A stretch of DNA of 49,737 bases, taken from assembly GCA_944387825.1 (NCBI GenBank), contig CALXGL010000009.1:1-49737 (forward strand), given 5' to 3'. Below are positions 1 through 8,031 of this stretch, piece after piece; position 1 is the first letter of the stretch, and every line of letters begins with the position of its first letter. The notes under the pieces were generated by a model. It was not told the origin of the DNA, did not search any database, and saw nothing but the letters and a program-made list of their open reading frames with translations. This stretch comes from an uncultured Oscillospiraceae bacterium. GTDB taxonomy: Bacteria > Bacillota > Clostridia > Oscillospirales > Oscillospiraceae. Both the position numbers and the translations under genes were made by a program.

Positions 1-254
<254 letters not shown>

Positions 255-264
255 GGGAGAGCGT

Positions 265-1305
265 ATGAGAGCATATACCTACTACGGCGGCGGCGAGCTG
301 CGGCTCGCGGACAAGCCCATGCCGGAGCTTTCAGGGCCCGGCGACGCCATCGTGCGCGTCACGCTCGCGAGCATCTGCACAAGCGACCTGCACATAAAGC
401 ACGGAAGCGTCCCGCGCGCCGTGCCCGGCGTCACGATAGGGCACGAGCTGGTCGGCGTCGTCGAGGCCGTCGGGAGCGGAGTGACGAAGGTGAAGCCCGG
501 CGAGCGCGTGACGGTCAACGTGGAGACCTACTGCGGAGAGTGCTTTTTCTGCCGCCGCGGCTGGGTGAACAACTGCACCGACCCCGACGGCGGCTGGGCC
601 CTCGGCTGCCGCATTGACGGCGGCCTCGCCGAATACGTGCGCGTGCCGCACGCGGACACCGGCCTCGACGTCATCCCCGAGGGCGTCACGGACGAGCAGG
701 CGCTCTTCACCGGCGACATCCTCGCCACGGGCTACTGGGCCGCCAAGATAAGCGAGATAGGCCCCGAGGACACGGTGCTTATCATAGGCGGCGGGCCGAC
801 AGGCTATTGCACGCTCGAGTGCGTGCTGCTCAAAAGCCCGGCGCGCGTCATAGTCTGCGACCGGCATCCCGAGCGGCTGGAGCTCGTGCGCGCCCACCAC
901 CCAGATGTGCTCACGACCGGCCCGGAGGGCCTGCGAGATTTCACGCTCGCGCACACGGAGCACGGCGGGGCCGACCGCGTCATCGAGTGCGGAGGCTCGG
1001 ACGAGAGCTTCACCCTGGCCTGGCAGTGCGCGAGGCCCAACGCCATAGTCACCGTCGTCGCGCTCTACGACCGCGCGCAGAGCCTGCCGCTGCCGGACAT
1101 GTACGGCAAGAACCTCACGTTCAAGACGGGAGGCGTGGACGGCTGCGACTGCGCCGAGATACTGTGGCTTATCGCCGCCGGGAGGATAGACACCACGCCG
1201 CTTATCACGCACCGCTATCCGCTCAGCGGCATCGAGCGCGCCTTCGAGCTCTTTGAACACCGCCGCGGCGGCGTTATAAAAGTCGCCGTTGAGACAATGA
1301 AATGA
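265..1305 (+). CDS. Zinc-dependent alcohol dehydrogenase (medium-chain dehydrogenase/reductase family)
   Basis: GHE zinc-ligand motif (GHELVGVVEAVG), structural-zinc Cys cluster (CGECFFCRRGWVNNC) and Rossmann motif IIGGGPTG. 346 aa. Confidence 0.85.
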   Translation: MRAYTYYGGGELRLADKPMPELSGPGDAIVRVTLASICTSDLHIKHGSVPRAVPGVTIGHELVGVVEAVGSGVTKVKPGERVTVNVETYCGECFFCRRGWVNNCTDPDGGWALGCRIDGGLAEYVRVPHADTGLDVIPEGVTDEQALFTGDILATGYWAAKISEIGPEDTVLIIGGGPTGYCTLECVLLKSPARVIVCDRHPERLELVRAHHPDVLTTGPEGLRDFTLAHTEHGGADRVIECGGSDESFTLAWQCARPNAIVTVVALYDRAQSLPLPDMYGKNLTFKTGGVDGCDCAEILWLIAAGRIDTTPLITHRYPLSGIERAFELFEHRRGGVIKVAVETMK

Positions 1306-1308
1306 ACG

Positions 1309-1334
1309 AAGCGCCGCCGGAAACGGCGGCGCTT
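1309..1334 (+). terminator. Rho-independent terminator after the ADH gene
   Basis: Hairpin GCGCCGCCG-gaaa-CGGCGGCGC followed by TTT, 4 nt after the stop codon. Confidence 0.7.
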
Positions 1335-1376
1335 TACGTATTAGTCGGCTTTATATAAAAATCTTTTCGTTTCCCC

Positions 1377-1407
1377 TTGACAATAAACCCGCTTTATACC
1401 TTAGAAT
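1377..1407 (+). promoter_or_regulatory. Putative MerR-type promoter (TTGACA, 19 bp spacer, TAGAAT) with a dyad in the spacer
   Basis: TTGACA at 1377-1382 and TAGAAT at 1402-1407, with a 19-nt spacer containing ATAAA-cccgc-TTTAT (1383-1397). It lies 20 nt upstream of the MerR-family gene start. Confidence 0.5.
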
Positions 1408-1426
1408 AGGCGCAGGAGGGAAGCTT

Positions 1427-2920
1427 ATGAACATCAAGGAGATAGAGGAGCGCAGCGGGCTGCCGCGTTCCGGCATAAGATACTATGAAGCGGAAGGGCT
1501 TCTCAATCCTGCGAGGCTCGAGAACGGCTACCGCGACTACACGCAGTCGGATCTTGAAACTCTGCTGAAGATAAAGCGTCTGCGCGGTCTCGGCCTTACG
1601 CTTGCCGGAATACGGGCTGTACAGTCCGGCGAGAGCACTCTTGAAAATGAGCTGCGTGAGGCGCTGGAACGCCTGGGCGAGCAGCGCGGGGACATAACGG
1701 GCGCTGAGGCCGAATGCAGATACCTGCTCGAACGCGGGGCGCGCTGGGACGACCTGCTGAAAATACCGGAGCACCCGGCCCTGCCTGAATATACGCACAG
1801 CTATACGGGAACTGAGCCCTCTTCCGACCGCAGCATAAAATACCACACTGAAAAGCAAAACGCCCCGGACTGGTACTGCTGGGACAGCAAGCCGGGACCC
1901 TGGCGGCGCTTCTTCGCGCGCTCGCTGGACGAACTGCTGATAAATGTACTGCTTGCGCCCTTTATTATCCTTGTACTGCGCGTAAATCCCAATGTAAGCT
2001 CTGCGTTTAACTCGTTTTTGCTGTGGCTTTTCGGCCTGATTATTGTGTACGCTCTGGAGCCGGTCTGCCTGCACTTTTTCGGCGCTACGCCGGGCAAGGC
2101 CCTGCTGGGCATAAAGGTGCTGGCCTGGGACGGAGGATACCTGAGCTTCAGCGACGCCTGTTGGCGTACAAAGCGCGTGCTGATAAGCGGCAATGCGCTG
2201 AACATACCGCTTGTCGATATCTATACATTGGCGCGCTCCTATTACAGGGAAAAGCGCTCTGAGGCCCAGCCCTGGGATGGATATCAGACCTGGGTGCTGG
2301 CAGCAAAGCCCTTCAGGGGTGTTGTGACCGGCGCCGCGACGGCCGTTTTCCTGGCCGTCTGCTTCTGCGCGCTGCTGCTGACGGCCAGAGCGGGCTATAT
2401 GCCCAGGCACGGCGGCGATATAAATACCGAAGAATTTGCCAGGAACTACAACGATTTTGCCGATTACGTAACCGCTGAGACGGTATATTGGAAAATGACG
2501 CCGGAGGGACTAAAAAATGAAACGCCCGTGGGCACGGTGGTAATTGACCTCTCCGACGGCGGCTCAAAGCCGGAATTCAGGTTCACCGAAACGGACGGGG
2601 TGCTGACTCGCGTTGAGTTCAGCGCGCATGAGACGAAAAACGACGGCTTAGTCGGCACATACAGCTCTTTCATGGAGAACTCGGTTCAGGCTTTTATCTG
2701 GGGCCGGCCGGGCGCGGGAATATTTCACTATAAGGACTGCGTAAGCATGCTGGCCTACATACAGGCCCGCCCATGTGAGAGCTTCAGCGCGGAGTGGTGC
2801 GGCGTGCGCGTGAGCTGCACCTATGAGTACAGCGGCTACACCGCGACCAGCGTGGGTCTGCTGCCGGATGAGGATGAGGAACAGGACTTCAGCATATATT
2901 TCGCAATGGAGCTGATATGA
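1427..2920 (+). CDS. MerR-family HTH regulator fused to an RDD-type membrane domain and a C-terminal extracytoplasmic domain
   Basis: N-terminus IKEIEERSGLPRSGIRYYEAEGLL...GYRDYTQSDLETLLKIKRLRGLGLTLAGI is a MerR HTH. The mid region WRRFFARSLDELLINVLLAPFIILV plus further hydrophobic helices is RDD-like. An RBS (AGGAGGG) precedes the ATG. Confidence 0.75.
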   Translation: MNIKEIEERSGLPRSGIRYYEAEGLLNPARLENGYRDYTQSDLETLLKIKRLRGLGLTLAGIRAVQSGESTLENELREALERLGEQRGDITGAEAECRYLLERGARWDDLLKIPEHPALPEYTHSYTGTEPSSDRSIKYHTEKQNAPDWYCWDSKPGPWRRFFARSLDELLINVLLAPFIILVLRVNPNVSSAFNSFLLWLFGLIIVYALEPVCLHFFGATPGKALLGIKVLAWDGGYLSFSDACWRTKRVLISGNALNIPLVDIYTLARSYYREKRSEAQPWDGYQTWVLAAKPFRGVVTGAATAVFLAVCFCALLLTARAGYMPRHGGDINTEEFARNYNDFADYVTAETVYWKMTPEGLKNETPVGTVVIDLSDGGSKPEFRFTETDGVLTRVEFSAHETKNDGLVGTYSSFMENSVQAFIWGRPGAGIFHYKDCVSMLAYIQARPCESFSAEWCGVRVSCTYEYSGYTATSVGLLPDEDEEQDFSIYFAMELI

Positions 2921-2923
2921 GAA

Positions 2924-2952
2924 AGCGCCCCGGACGCAAAGTCCGGGGCGCT
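2924..2952. terminator. Bidirectional terminator hairpin between convergent genes
   Basis: AGCGCCCCGGAC-gcaaa-GTCCGGGGCGCT, a 12-bp perfect stem between stop codons at 2918-2920 (+) and 2958-2960 (-). Confidence 0.7.
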
Positions 2953-2957
2953 CTGAT

Positions 2958-3503
2958 TTATAGCAGGGGAAGCAGCTTCTCTTCAAAGTTATCCGACGCC
3001 CTGAGGCCCACAAAAGGTATTGAGATGCCCGCGCCCTTCAGACGCGCAGACAGCGCGCTCATGAAGAGCCCCGTGCCCGGGAGCTCTACGCCGTCATCCG
3101 AGGTCGTATCGACGCCGCAGTTGGGGGAGCGGTTGACGCCCACAACGGCGACAAGCTCAAAGCCGTGCCTGCGGTATTCCTCAATCTGATACATCGCGCT
3201 GTCAGCAAGCTCGGCCAGCCGTTTGGCAGGTTCGCCGCGCGACATCTCGCGGCGTATGCGCGTGTTTTCAACAGTCACTGGCCTTTCCACGCCGCGCTCG
3301 TCGCCGCGGTCAAGTCCGAGACAGCAGAGCTCAGGGCAGGGCAGCTGGACTATGCCCACATCGGCGTCGAGAAATATGCGTAATACGTCCTTGAAAGCCG
3401 CCGGAAATACGGCTGTGCCGTCCGAAATAGCGTTCTGATTCAAAATGCAGTGCGCGAAAAATACAATGCGCCTGCTGCGTCCGTCGTTGAACATAAGCAT
3501 CAC
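2958..3503 (-). CDS. Uncharacterised Cys-rich protein, possibly DUF523/TudS-like
   Basis: 181 aa with three Cys-containing motifs (AHCILNQN, LPCPELCCLG, NRSPNCGV) reminiscent of DUF523-type Fe-S proteins. The family assignment is from memory only. Confidence 0.4.
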   Translation of the reverse strand: MMLMFNDGRSRRIVFFAHCILNQNAISDGTAVFPAAFKDVLRIFLDADVGIVQLPCPELCCLGLDRGDERGVERPVTVENTRIRREMSRGEPAKRLAELADSAMYQIEEYRRHGFELVAVVGVNRSPNCGVDTTSDDGVELPGTGLFMSALSARLKGAGISIPFVGLRASDNFEEKLLPLL

Positions 3504-3553
3504 CGGACATATTATAGCACGCCGCGGCGGCCCTGCAAAGCCCTATGCCTTCG

Positions 3554-4912
3554 TCAGCGGCGCCGCTGCAATCGAGCGCCGGGACGGAAATAGCGCCGTG
3601 TCTCGGCACGCACCGTACCGCTCAGAAGCAGCAGCGCGAACAGATTTGGGGCGGCCATGAGGGCGTTCAATATGTCGGCAAGCAGCCACACGGCTTCAAG
3701 ACGGACGGCCGCGCCGGCCAGGGCCGCGGCGCAGAAAAGCACACAATAAGGCCGGAGAAAGCGAGGCCCCAGCAGGTAAGCGCAGCAGCGCCCGCCGTAC
3801 ATTCCCCAGCTCAAAAGCGAGGAAAAGGCGAAGAGCGTTATGCTCACGGCGATTATTACCGCTGCCCAGCGCCCTCCGAAGGCGGCTGCGAGCGCCTGAG
3901 TGTTGCGCGCCGTGGTCGGCTCGCCGCCGGACATTGCGCCGCTTGTCAGCAGGGCAAGGCCGGTAAGCGTGCATATCACGATGGTGTCCGCGAAGACCTC
4001 AAATACCCCGGCCATGCCCTGCCGCACGCAGTCGCGCTCCGCGGCCGACGCGTGCGCTATTGGAGATGAGCCGAGGCCGGCTTCGTTGGAGAATATGCCG
4101 CGCCGGAAGCCCCAGCCTATGCATGCCCCGAGCCCCGCGCCCGGCGAAAAGGCGTCGGAAAAGATTTCGCAGACGCTCTGCGCGAAATTGTCCCGGCAGA
4201 CGAAAATTACTGCGGCACAGGCCGCAATGTACAGAAGGCTCATGCCGGGCACGAGAAGTGAGGCGACGTTCCCGAGACGCTTCAGGCCGCCAAGCAGGAC
4301 CGCAGCCGCGAGCAGCGCGACAATTATCCCGACGGCCAGCGGGAAGCCTTCGCCGGTCTGCACATCCAGCGCCCCGGCGAGAGTGGCCAGGGCGCTTTGT
4401 ATTTCAGCCGACTGCACTGCGCTGCCCATGCCCAGAGCCGCAAGAGCGCCGGCAGCGGAAAATATGCCGGCGAGCGGCCGGAACTTTGTTCCCAGGCCGT
4501 TTTTTATGTAGTACATCGGTCCTCCGACGCGCTCGCCTCGCTCATCCCGCTCGCGGAATTTTACAGCCAGGAGCACCTCGGCGTATTTTGTGCCCATGCC
4601 AATGAGCGCGGATACCCACATCCAGAAGAGCACGCCCGGCCCGCCGAGCGACAGCGCGAGGGTGACTCCGGCAATGTTGCCCGTGCCGACGGTCCCGCCC
4701 AGCGCGGTGGACAGGGCCTGCAGGGGCGACATGCCGCCTGTGCCGCCGCTGCGGACAAAGCGCCGGAGCGTCCCGCCAAGACATGCGCCGGGATGCCTGA
4801 ACTGTACAAAACCGGCGCACCGGCTCAGGTATAGCCCCGCTCCTGTGAATATGCCCAGCGATACAGGCCCCCATATGAGCGCACCGAGCTGCCTCAAAAA
4901 TTCCACGCGCAC
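3554..4912 (-). CDS. Alanine/glycine:cation symporter (AGCS family)
   Basis: GMSPLQALSTALGGTVGTGNIAGV...GGPGVLFWMWVSALIGMGTKYAEVLLAVKFRE...GGPMYYI is the AGCS signature region, and the protein is multi-pass hydrophobic. The true start may be the GTG at 4906, which has better RBS spacing. Confidence 0.9.
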   Translation of the reverse strand: MRVEFLRQLGALIWGPVSLGIFTGAGLYLSRCAGFVQFRHPGACLGGTLRRFVRSGGTGGMSPLQALSTALGGTVGTGNIAGVTLALSLGGPGVLFWMWVSALIGMGTKYAEVLLAVKFRERDERGERVGGPMYYIKNGLGTKFRPLAGIFSAAGALAALGMGSAVQSAEIQSALATLAGALDVQTGEGFPLAVGIIVALLAAAVLLGGLKRLGNVASLLVPGMSLLYIAACAAVIFVCRDNFAQSVCEIFSDAFSPGAGLGACIGWGFRRGIFSNEAGLGSSPIAHASAAERDCVRQGMAGVFEVFADTIVICTLTGLALLTSGAMSGGEPTTARNTQALAAAFGGRWAAVIIAVSITLFAFSSLLSWGMYGGRCCAYLLGPRFLRPYCVLFCAAALAGAAVRLEAVWLLADILNALMAAPNLFALLLLSGTVRAETRRYFRPGARLQRRR

Positions 4913-4985
4913 ACCCCCTGACGGAAGTATATGCGTTTCGCGCGGGGATATTGACGCGCGCTACGCCGGGGATTATACTGAACGT

Positions 4986-5723
4986 ATGGACAATGAACTC
5001 GAACAAGTGAAAAAGCGTCTTGCCGAGCTCTCGCGCCGGGCTCAAAAGCGCGGAGAGGCGGCGGCCTCCGACTTCCTTACCCCCGCCGAGCAGGCGGAGC
5101 TGACCCGGCTTGGCCTCGAGCCCTACGTTTTCGACGGCGGCTGGGAGGGCGCGGAGCGGCGCTGCGCCGTTTTCCTGCCGTGGGAGGGCTGCGAGTGGGA
5201 AAGCCGCGTCGTCTGCCTAGAGATAGCGCCCGCCAACGTCAGGTTTGCCGAGGAGCTCACGCACCGCGACTACCTGGGCGCTCTCATGGCCCTCGGCATA
5301 AGGCGGGAGGCCATGGGCGACATCCTCGTGCGCGGCAAGACGGCCTGGCTCTTCTGCCTCGACACCGTCGCGGAGTACGTCTCCGCACAGCTCGGCGAGG
5401 TGCGGCGAACAACCGTGCGGGTGAAAACCGCCGACCCGGCCGCTGTAGAGCCGCCCGAGCCGCCCAAGGAAACGGTGGTAAACGTGAGCTCTCCGCGTCT
5501 CGACGCGCTGGTCGCCGCCGTCTACCGTCTCTCGCGCGCGGAATCGCAGCGGCTCTTTGAGCGCGAGCTGGTGCTTGTGAACTCGCTTCCGGCCCGCGGC
5601 CCGGGCGCAGAGGCGAAGAAGGACGACATCATATCCGTACGCGGGCACGGGCGCTTCCAGTATCTCGGCGGGGCCGGAGAGACGCGCAAGGGCCGGCTCA
5701 AAGCGCGGGTGCGGGTGTATTAG
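4986..5723 (+). CDS. ylmH: YlmH-like RNA-binding S4-domain protein
   Basis: MDNELEQVKKRLAELSRRAQKRGEAAASDFLTPAEQ... plus a C-terminal S4-like segment (RLDALVAAVYRLSRAESQRLFERELVLVN). The ORF-track start at 4590 lies antisense to the symporter gene, so I trimmed to the ATG at 4986. Confidence 0.75.
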   Translation: MDNELEQVKKRLAELSRRAQKRGEAAASDFLTPAEQAELTRLGLEPYVFDGGWEGAERRCAVFLPWEGCEWESRVVCLEIAPANVRFAEELTHRDYLGALMALGIRREAMGDILVRGKTAWLFCLDTVAEYVSAQLGEVRRTTVRVKTADPAAVEPPEPPKETVVNVSSPRLDALVAAVYRLSRAESQRLFERELVLVNSLPARGPGAEAKKDDIISVRGHGRFQYLGGAGETRKGRLKARVRVY

Positions 5724-5755
5724 GCGGCCGTTTTCGACAGTATCAGAGCCGCCGG

Positions 5756-6430
5756 TCATTCCGGCGGCTCGGTTTTATTATATTCGCTTTTGGCCCTGCG
5801 GTCTGCTGTGACAAGCGCGAGAGCAAGGACGCAGACAGAGAGGCAGAGTCCCGCTACTCCGCCGGCCAGCAGGCCGATAAGCACCATGACCGCCCCGGAG
5901 ACGACCAGCGCACGCCCCGCGTGGCGCTGCGCGAGGCTCCATGCGCGCTCGTTCGACATGCTCCACTTTGTGCGGTAGCCGGCGAGGGCGTTCATGCGCA
6001 GCTTCGGCATGAGGTTCCCGACGGGGATGAATACCGCGCCGAGGACTATGTTGGTCAGCTGCCAGATGTCGAGGCCGTAGAGCGAGAGCGCTTCCGCGCG
6101 CGTCACGGCGCAGTAGGTGAAGTAGACGGCCATTGCGTCGAAGAGCGCCAGCACGCAGACGGTCGTCCAGCGCATGACGCGGCGGTTTACGCCGCTGTTG
6201 TCGGGAACCGCGACGGTGAGCACGGCCATGATCCCGCGCACAAAGAGCACAATGAGCGGCCATATTACCAGTTCCCACTTGCTGCCCAGCCTGTCGAGCT
6301 CGCCGGCGGCGTTCCAGTGCCCGCCAATCTGCTCCGGAGCGGCGTAAATCGCGGCGGCGCAGACGGCTATCGGCAGAAGCGTCAGTATATTCGCGGCGAG
6401 CTTGAGGTACTTTTCCGTTTTCCCGTTCAC
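5756..6430 (-). CDS. SdpI/YhfL-family membrane protein (DUF1648 + SdpI immunity-type domain), copy 2
   Basis: N-terminal GGHWNAAGELDRLGSKWELVIWP (DUF1648-like) and C-terminal ...YRTKWSMSNERAWSLAQRHAG... (SdpI-like). The GTG start overlaps the upstream stop (GTGA). Confidence 0.75.
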   Translation of the reverse strand: MNGKTEKYLKLAANILTLLPIAVCAAAIYAAPEQIGGHWNAAGELDRLGSKWELVIWPLIVLFVRGIMAVLTVAVPDNSGVNRRVMRWTTVCVLALFDAMAVYFTYCAVTRAEALSLYGLDIWQLTNIVLGAVFIPVGNLMPKLRMNALAGYRTKWSMSNERAWSLAQRHAGRALVVSGAVMVLIGLLAGGVAGLCLSVCVLALALVTADRRAKSEYNKTEPPE

Positions 6431-7110
6431 TTGTCGTACTCCTCCCGGTTCCCGAGCGTCTTATAATACGCCCATTTTGCGTAGCGGCAGTCGACTATCA
6501 ACATTATGGCGGTCACGGCTAAGAGCGCGATGAAGCTGCGTATGTCGGGCATGAGCTGCGCGCATATTATTATAACGACGCCGCCCGCTATCATGCTTTT
6601 TCCGCCGAAGCGCTGGCAGAGCGCCCAGGTCTCCTCATTCTTCATGCTGTAGCGTGTGCGCAGCCCGACAGTGGAGTTGAGCCGCAGCTTGGGCAGCATA
6701 TTCCCATACGGTATCAGGCTGAGCCCCGCAAGGGACATTGATATCTGCCATACGGCGGAGTTGTAGTCGTCTATGTCGAAGTCCCGGCTGATGGAAAAGC
6801 GCATGAAATACAGCGAGAGGAAATCCATAAGCGCGAGGGCTGCAATTGTTGACGACACTATGTACCGCGCGTTTTTCTCTCCCTCGCGGTCCTTTGCGCG
6901 CACCAGCTTCTCAATTCCGCCGAGCAGCATACGCAGCAGCAGTATGATTCCCGGCCAGAGCAGTATTTCCCACTTGCTCCCCATTCGGTCGGCCTCTCCG
7001 GCAAAATCCCAGTGCGCGGGTATCTCGTCCGGCGCTAGCGCGAGGGCAATTATCGCCGCGGCGAAAGGGAAGAGGGTGAGGAGGTTAATTATTAGCCTTG
7101 ACCGCTTCAT
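6427..7110 (-). CDS. SdpI/YhfL-family membrane protein (DUF1648 + SdpI immunity-type domain), copy 1
   Basis: PAHWDFAGEADRMGSKWEILLWP and ...LRTRYSMKNEETWALCQRFGG... make it a paralogue of the downstream gene. I set the start at MKRSRLIINLL (7110) rather than the ORF-track 7179. Confidence 0.75.
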   Translation of the reverse strand: MKRSRLIINLLTLFPFAAAIIALALAPDEIPAHWDFAGEADRMGSKWEILLWPGIILLLRMLLGGIEKLVRAKDREGEKNARYIVSSTIAALALMDFLSLYFMRFSISRDFDIDDYNSAVWQISMSLAGLSLIPYGNMLPKLRLNSTVGLRTRYSMKNEETWALCQRFGGKSMIAGGVVIIICAQLMPDIRSFIALLAVTAIMLIVDCRYAKWAYYKTLGNREEYDK

Positions 7111-7378
7111 CACTCTCACCCCGGCGCAGCTCCGTGAGCCAGACCAGTGCCTCGTCGAGGACCGTGAGGTCGGGCTCATAGTAGATAAAATTCCCTTTTC
7201 GCGTCTCGCGCACCAGCTCTGATTTCTTCAGCTTCGCAAGATGATAGGAGAGCGCCTGCGGGCTCGTGCCCAGCGTCTCCGCAAGCTCGCCGGCGGACCT
7301 TTGGCCGCGCCGCAGCTCCTGCAATATCTCTCTGCGAGTCTCGTCGGCGAGAGCCGCGAGTATTTCTCTATAGCCCAT
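7085..7378 (-). CDS. ArsR/SdpR-family winged-helix transcriptional repressor
   Basis: ALADETRREILQELRRGQRSAGELAETLGTSPQALSYHLAKLKKSELV is the ArsR HTH signature. 97 aa. Its 3' end overlaps the first sdpI-like gene. Confidence 0.85.
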   Translation of the reverse strand: MGYREILAALADETRREILQELRRGQRSAGELAETLGTSPQALSYHLAKLKKSELVRETRKGNFIYYEPDLTVLDEALVWLTELRRGESDEAVKANN

Positions 7379-7457
7379 CAGACATCACTCTATTTCAAAA
7401 ATTCTTTAAATATAGCTTACCATACTTTCCCTGTAAAGTCAAGACGAAGGGCCGCGC

Positions 7458-7727
7458 TCATGCGCGGCCCTTCAGATGTGCGAATTTTTCCTTGGTTGCC
7501 ATTCCTCCGCGTATATGCCGCTCGGCCTTGTTCTGGTCCAAGAGCTCTCTGACACGGCTGCTCAACTCGGGACTCACGTTTTCGAGCCGCTCGGTGATGT
7601 CCTTGTGGACGGTGGACTTTGAGACGCCGAACTTTTTCGCAGCCGCGCGTACCGTCGCGCGGTTCTCGGTTATGTACTCCGCCAGGCGCAGGGCCCGCTC
7701 CTCTATGTCAGTCCTCATTTTCACCAC
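7458..7727 (-). CDS. spoIIID: Sporulation transcriptional regulator SpoIIID
   Basis: IEERALRLAEYITENRATVRAAAKKFGVSKSTVHKDITERL...NKAERHIRGG is the near-canonical SpoIIID sequence. An alternative start is at 7718. Confidence 0.9.
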   Translation of the reverse strand: MVKMRTDIEERALRLAEYITENRATVRAAAKKFGVSKSTVHKDITERLENVSPELSSRVRELLDQNKAERHIRGGMATKEKFAHLKGRA

Positions 7728-7746
7728 TCCCGGCTAGTCGTGATGA

Positions 7747-7777
7747 AGTATATGAGCGTCACAAGGGCAATTATTCC
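7747..7777 (-). promoter_or_regulatory. Possible sigma-E-type promoter for spoIIID
   Basis: The minus strand reads GGAATAA, then 16 nt, then CATATACT. This is close to the remembered sigma-E pattern (ATA ... CATACAnT) and sits about 20 nt upstream of the RBS GGGAGTGG. Confidence 0.3.
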
Positions 7778-7871
7778 GCAGCCGCTGTCCCATATTTCCA
7801 GCCGGCGGACACGCTTAATACATTCTTAACTTGCCTTGCAGCGCTCTCTGTATTATAATGCTTCATACAGC

Positions 7872-7907
7872 AAAAAAACTGGACTCCGGAAGAATTCCGG
7901 AGCTTTT
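7872..7907. terminator. Orphan bidirectional terminator-like hairpin
   Basis: AAAAAAA-ctgga-CTCCGGAA-gaa-TTCCGGAG-c-TTTT. No convergent gene pair is nearby. Confidence 0.45.
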
Positions 7908-8031
7908 ACGGGAAAGAGCGTGTCGAACTTGCGCGAATATTCCCGACAGGGTTGAAAATTTTTTGAATTCCTGGGTTTATGCTTAAAATACCGGAGAGGG
8001 CTGGCCCTCATCTGTAAAGCCGGGAGGAATC

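Noticed and set aside
331-1260. A 309-aa minus-strand ORF and a 149-aa plus-strand alternative-frame ORF within the ADH gene.
   Set aside because: The 265-1305 frame has zinc-ADH motifs. The alternatives are Arg/Ala-rich GC-bias artefacts.
4590-4985. The N-terminal 132-aa extension of the ylmH ORF given in the ORF track.
   Set aside because: It lies wholly antisense to the symporter gene and is Pro/Arg/Ser-rich. YlmH-type sequence begins at MDNELEQ (ATG 4986).
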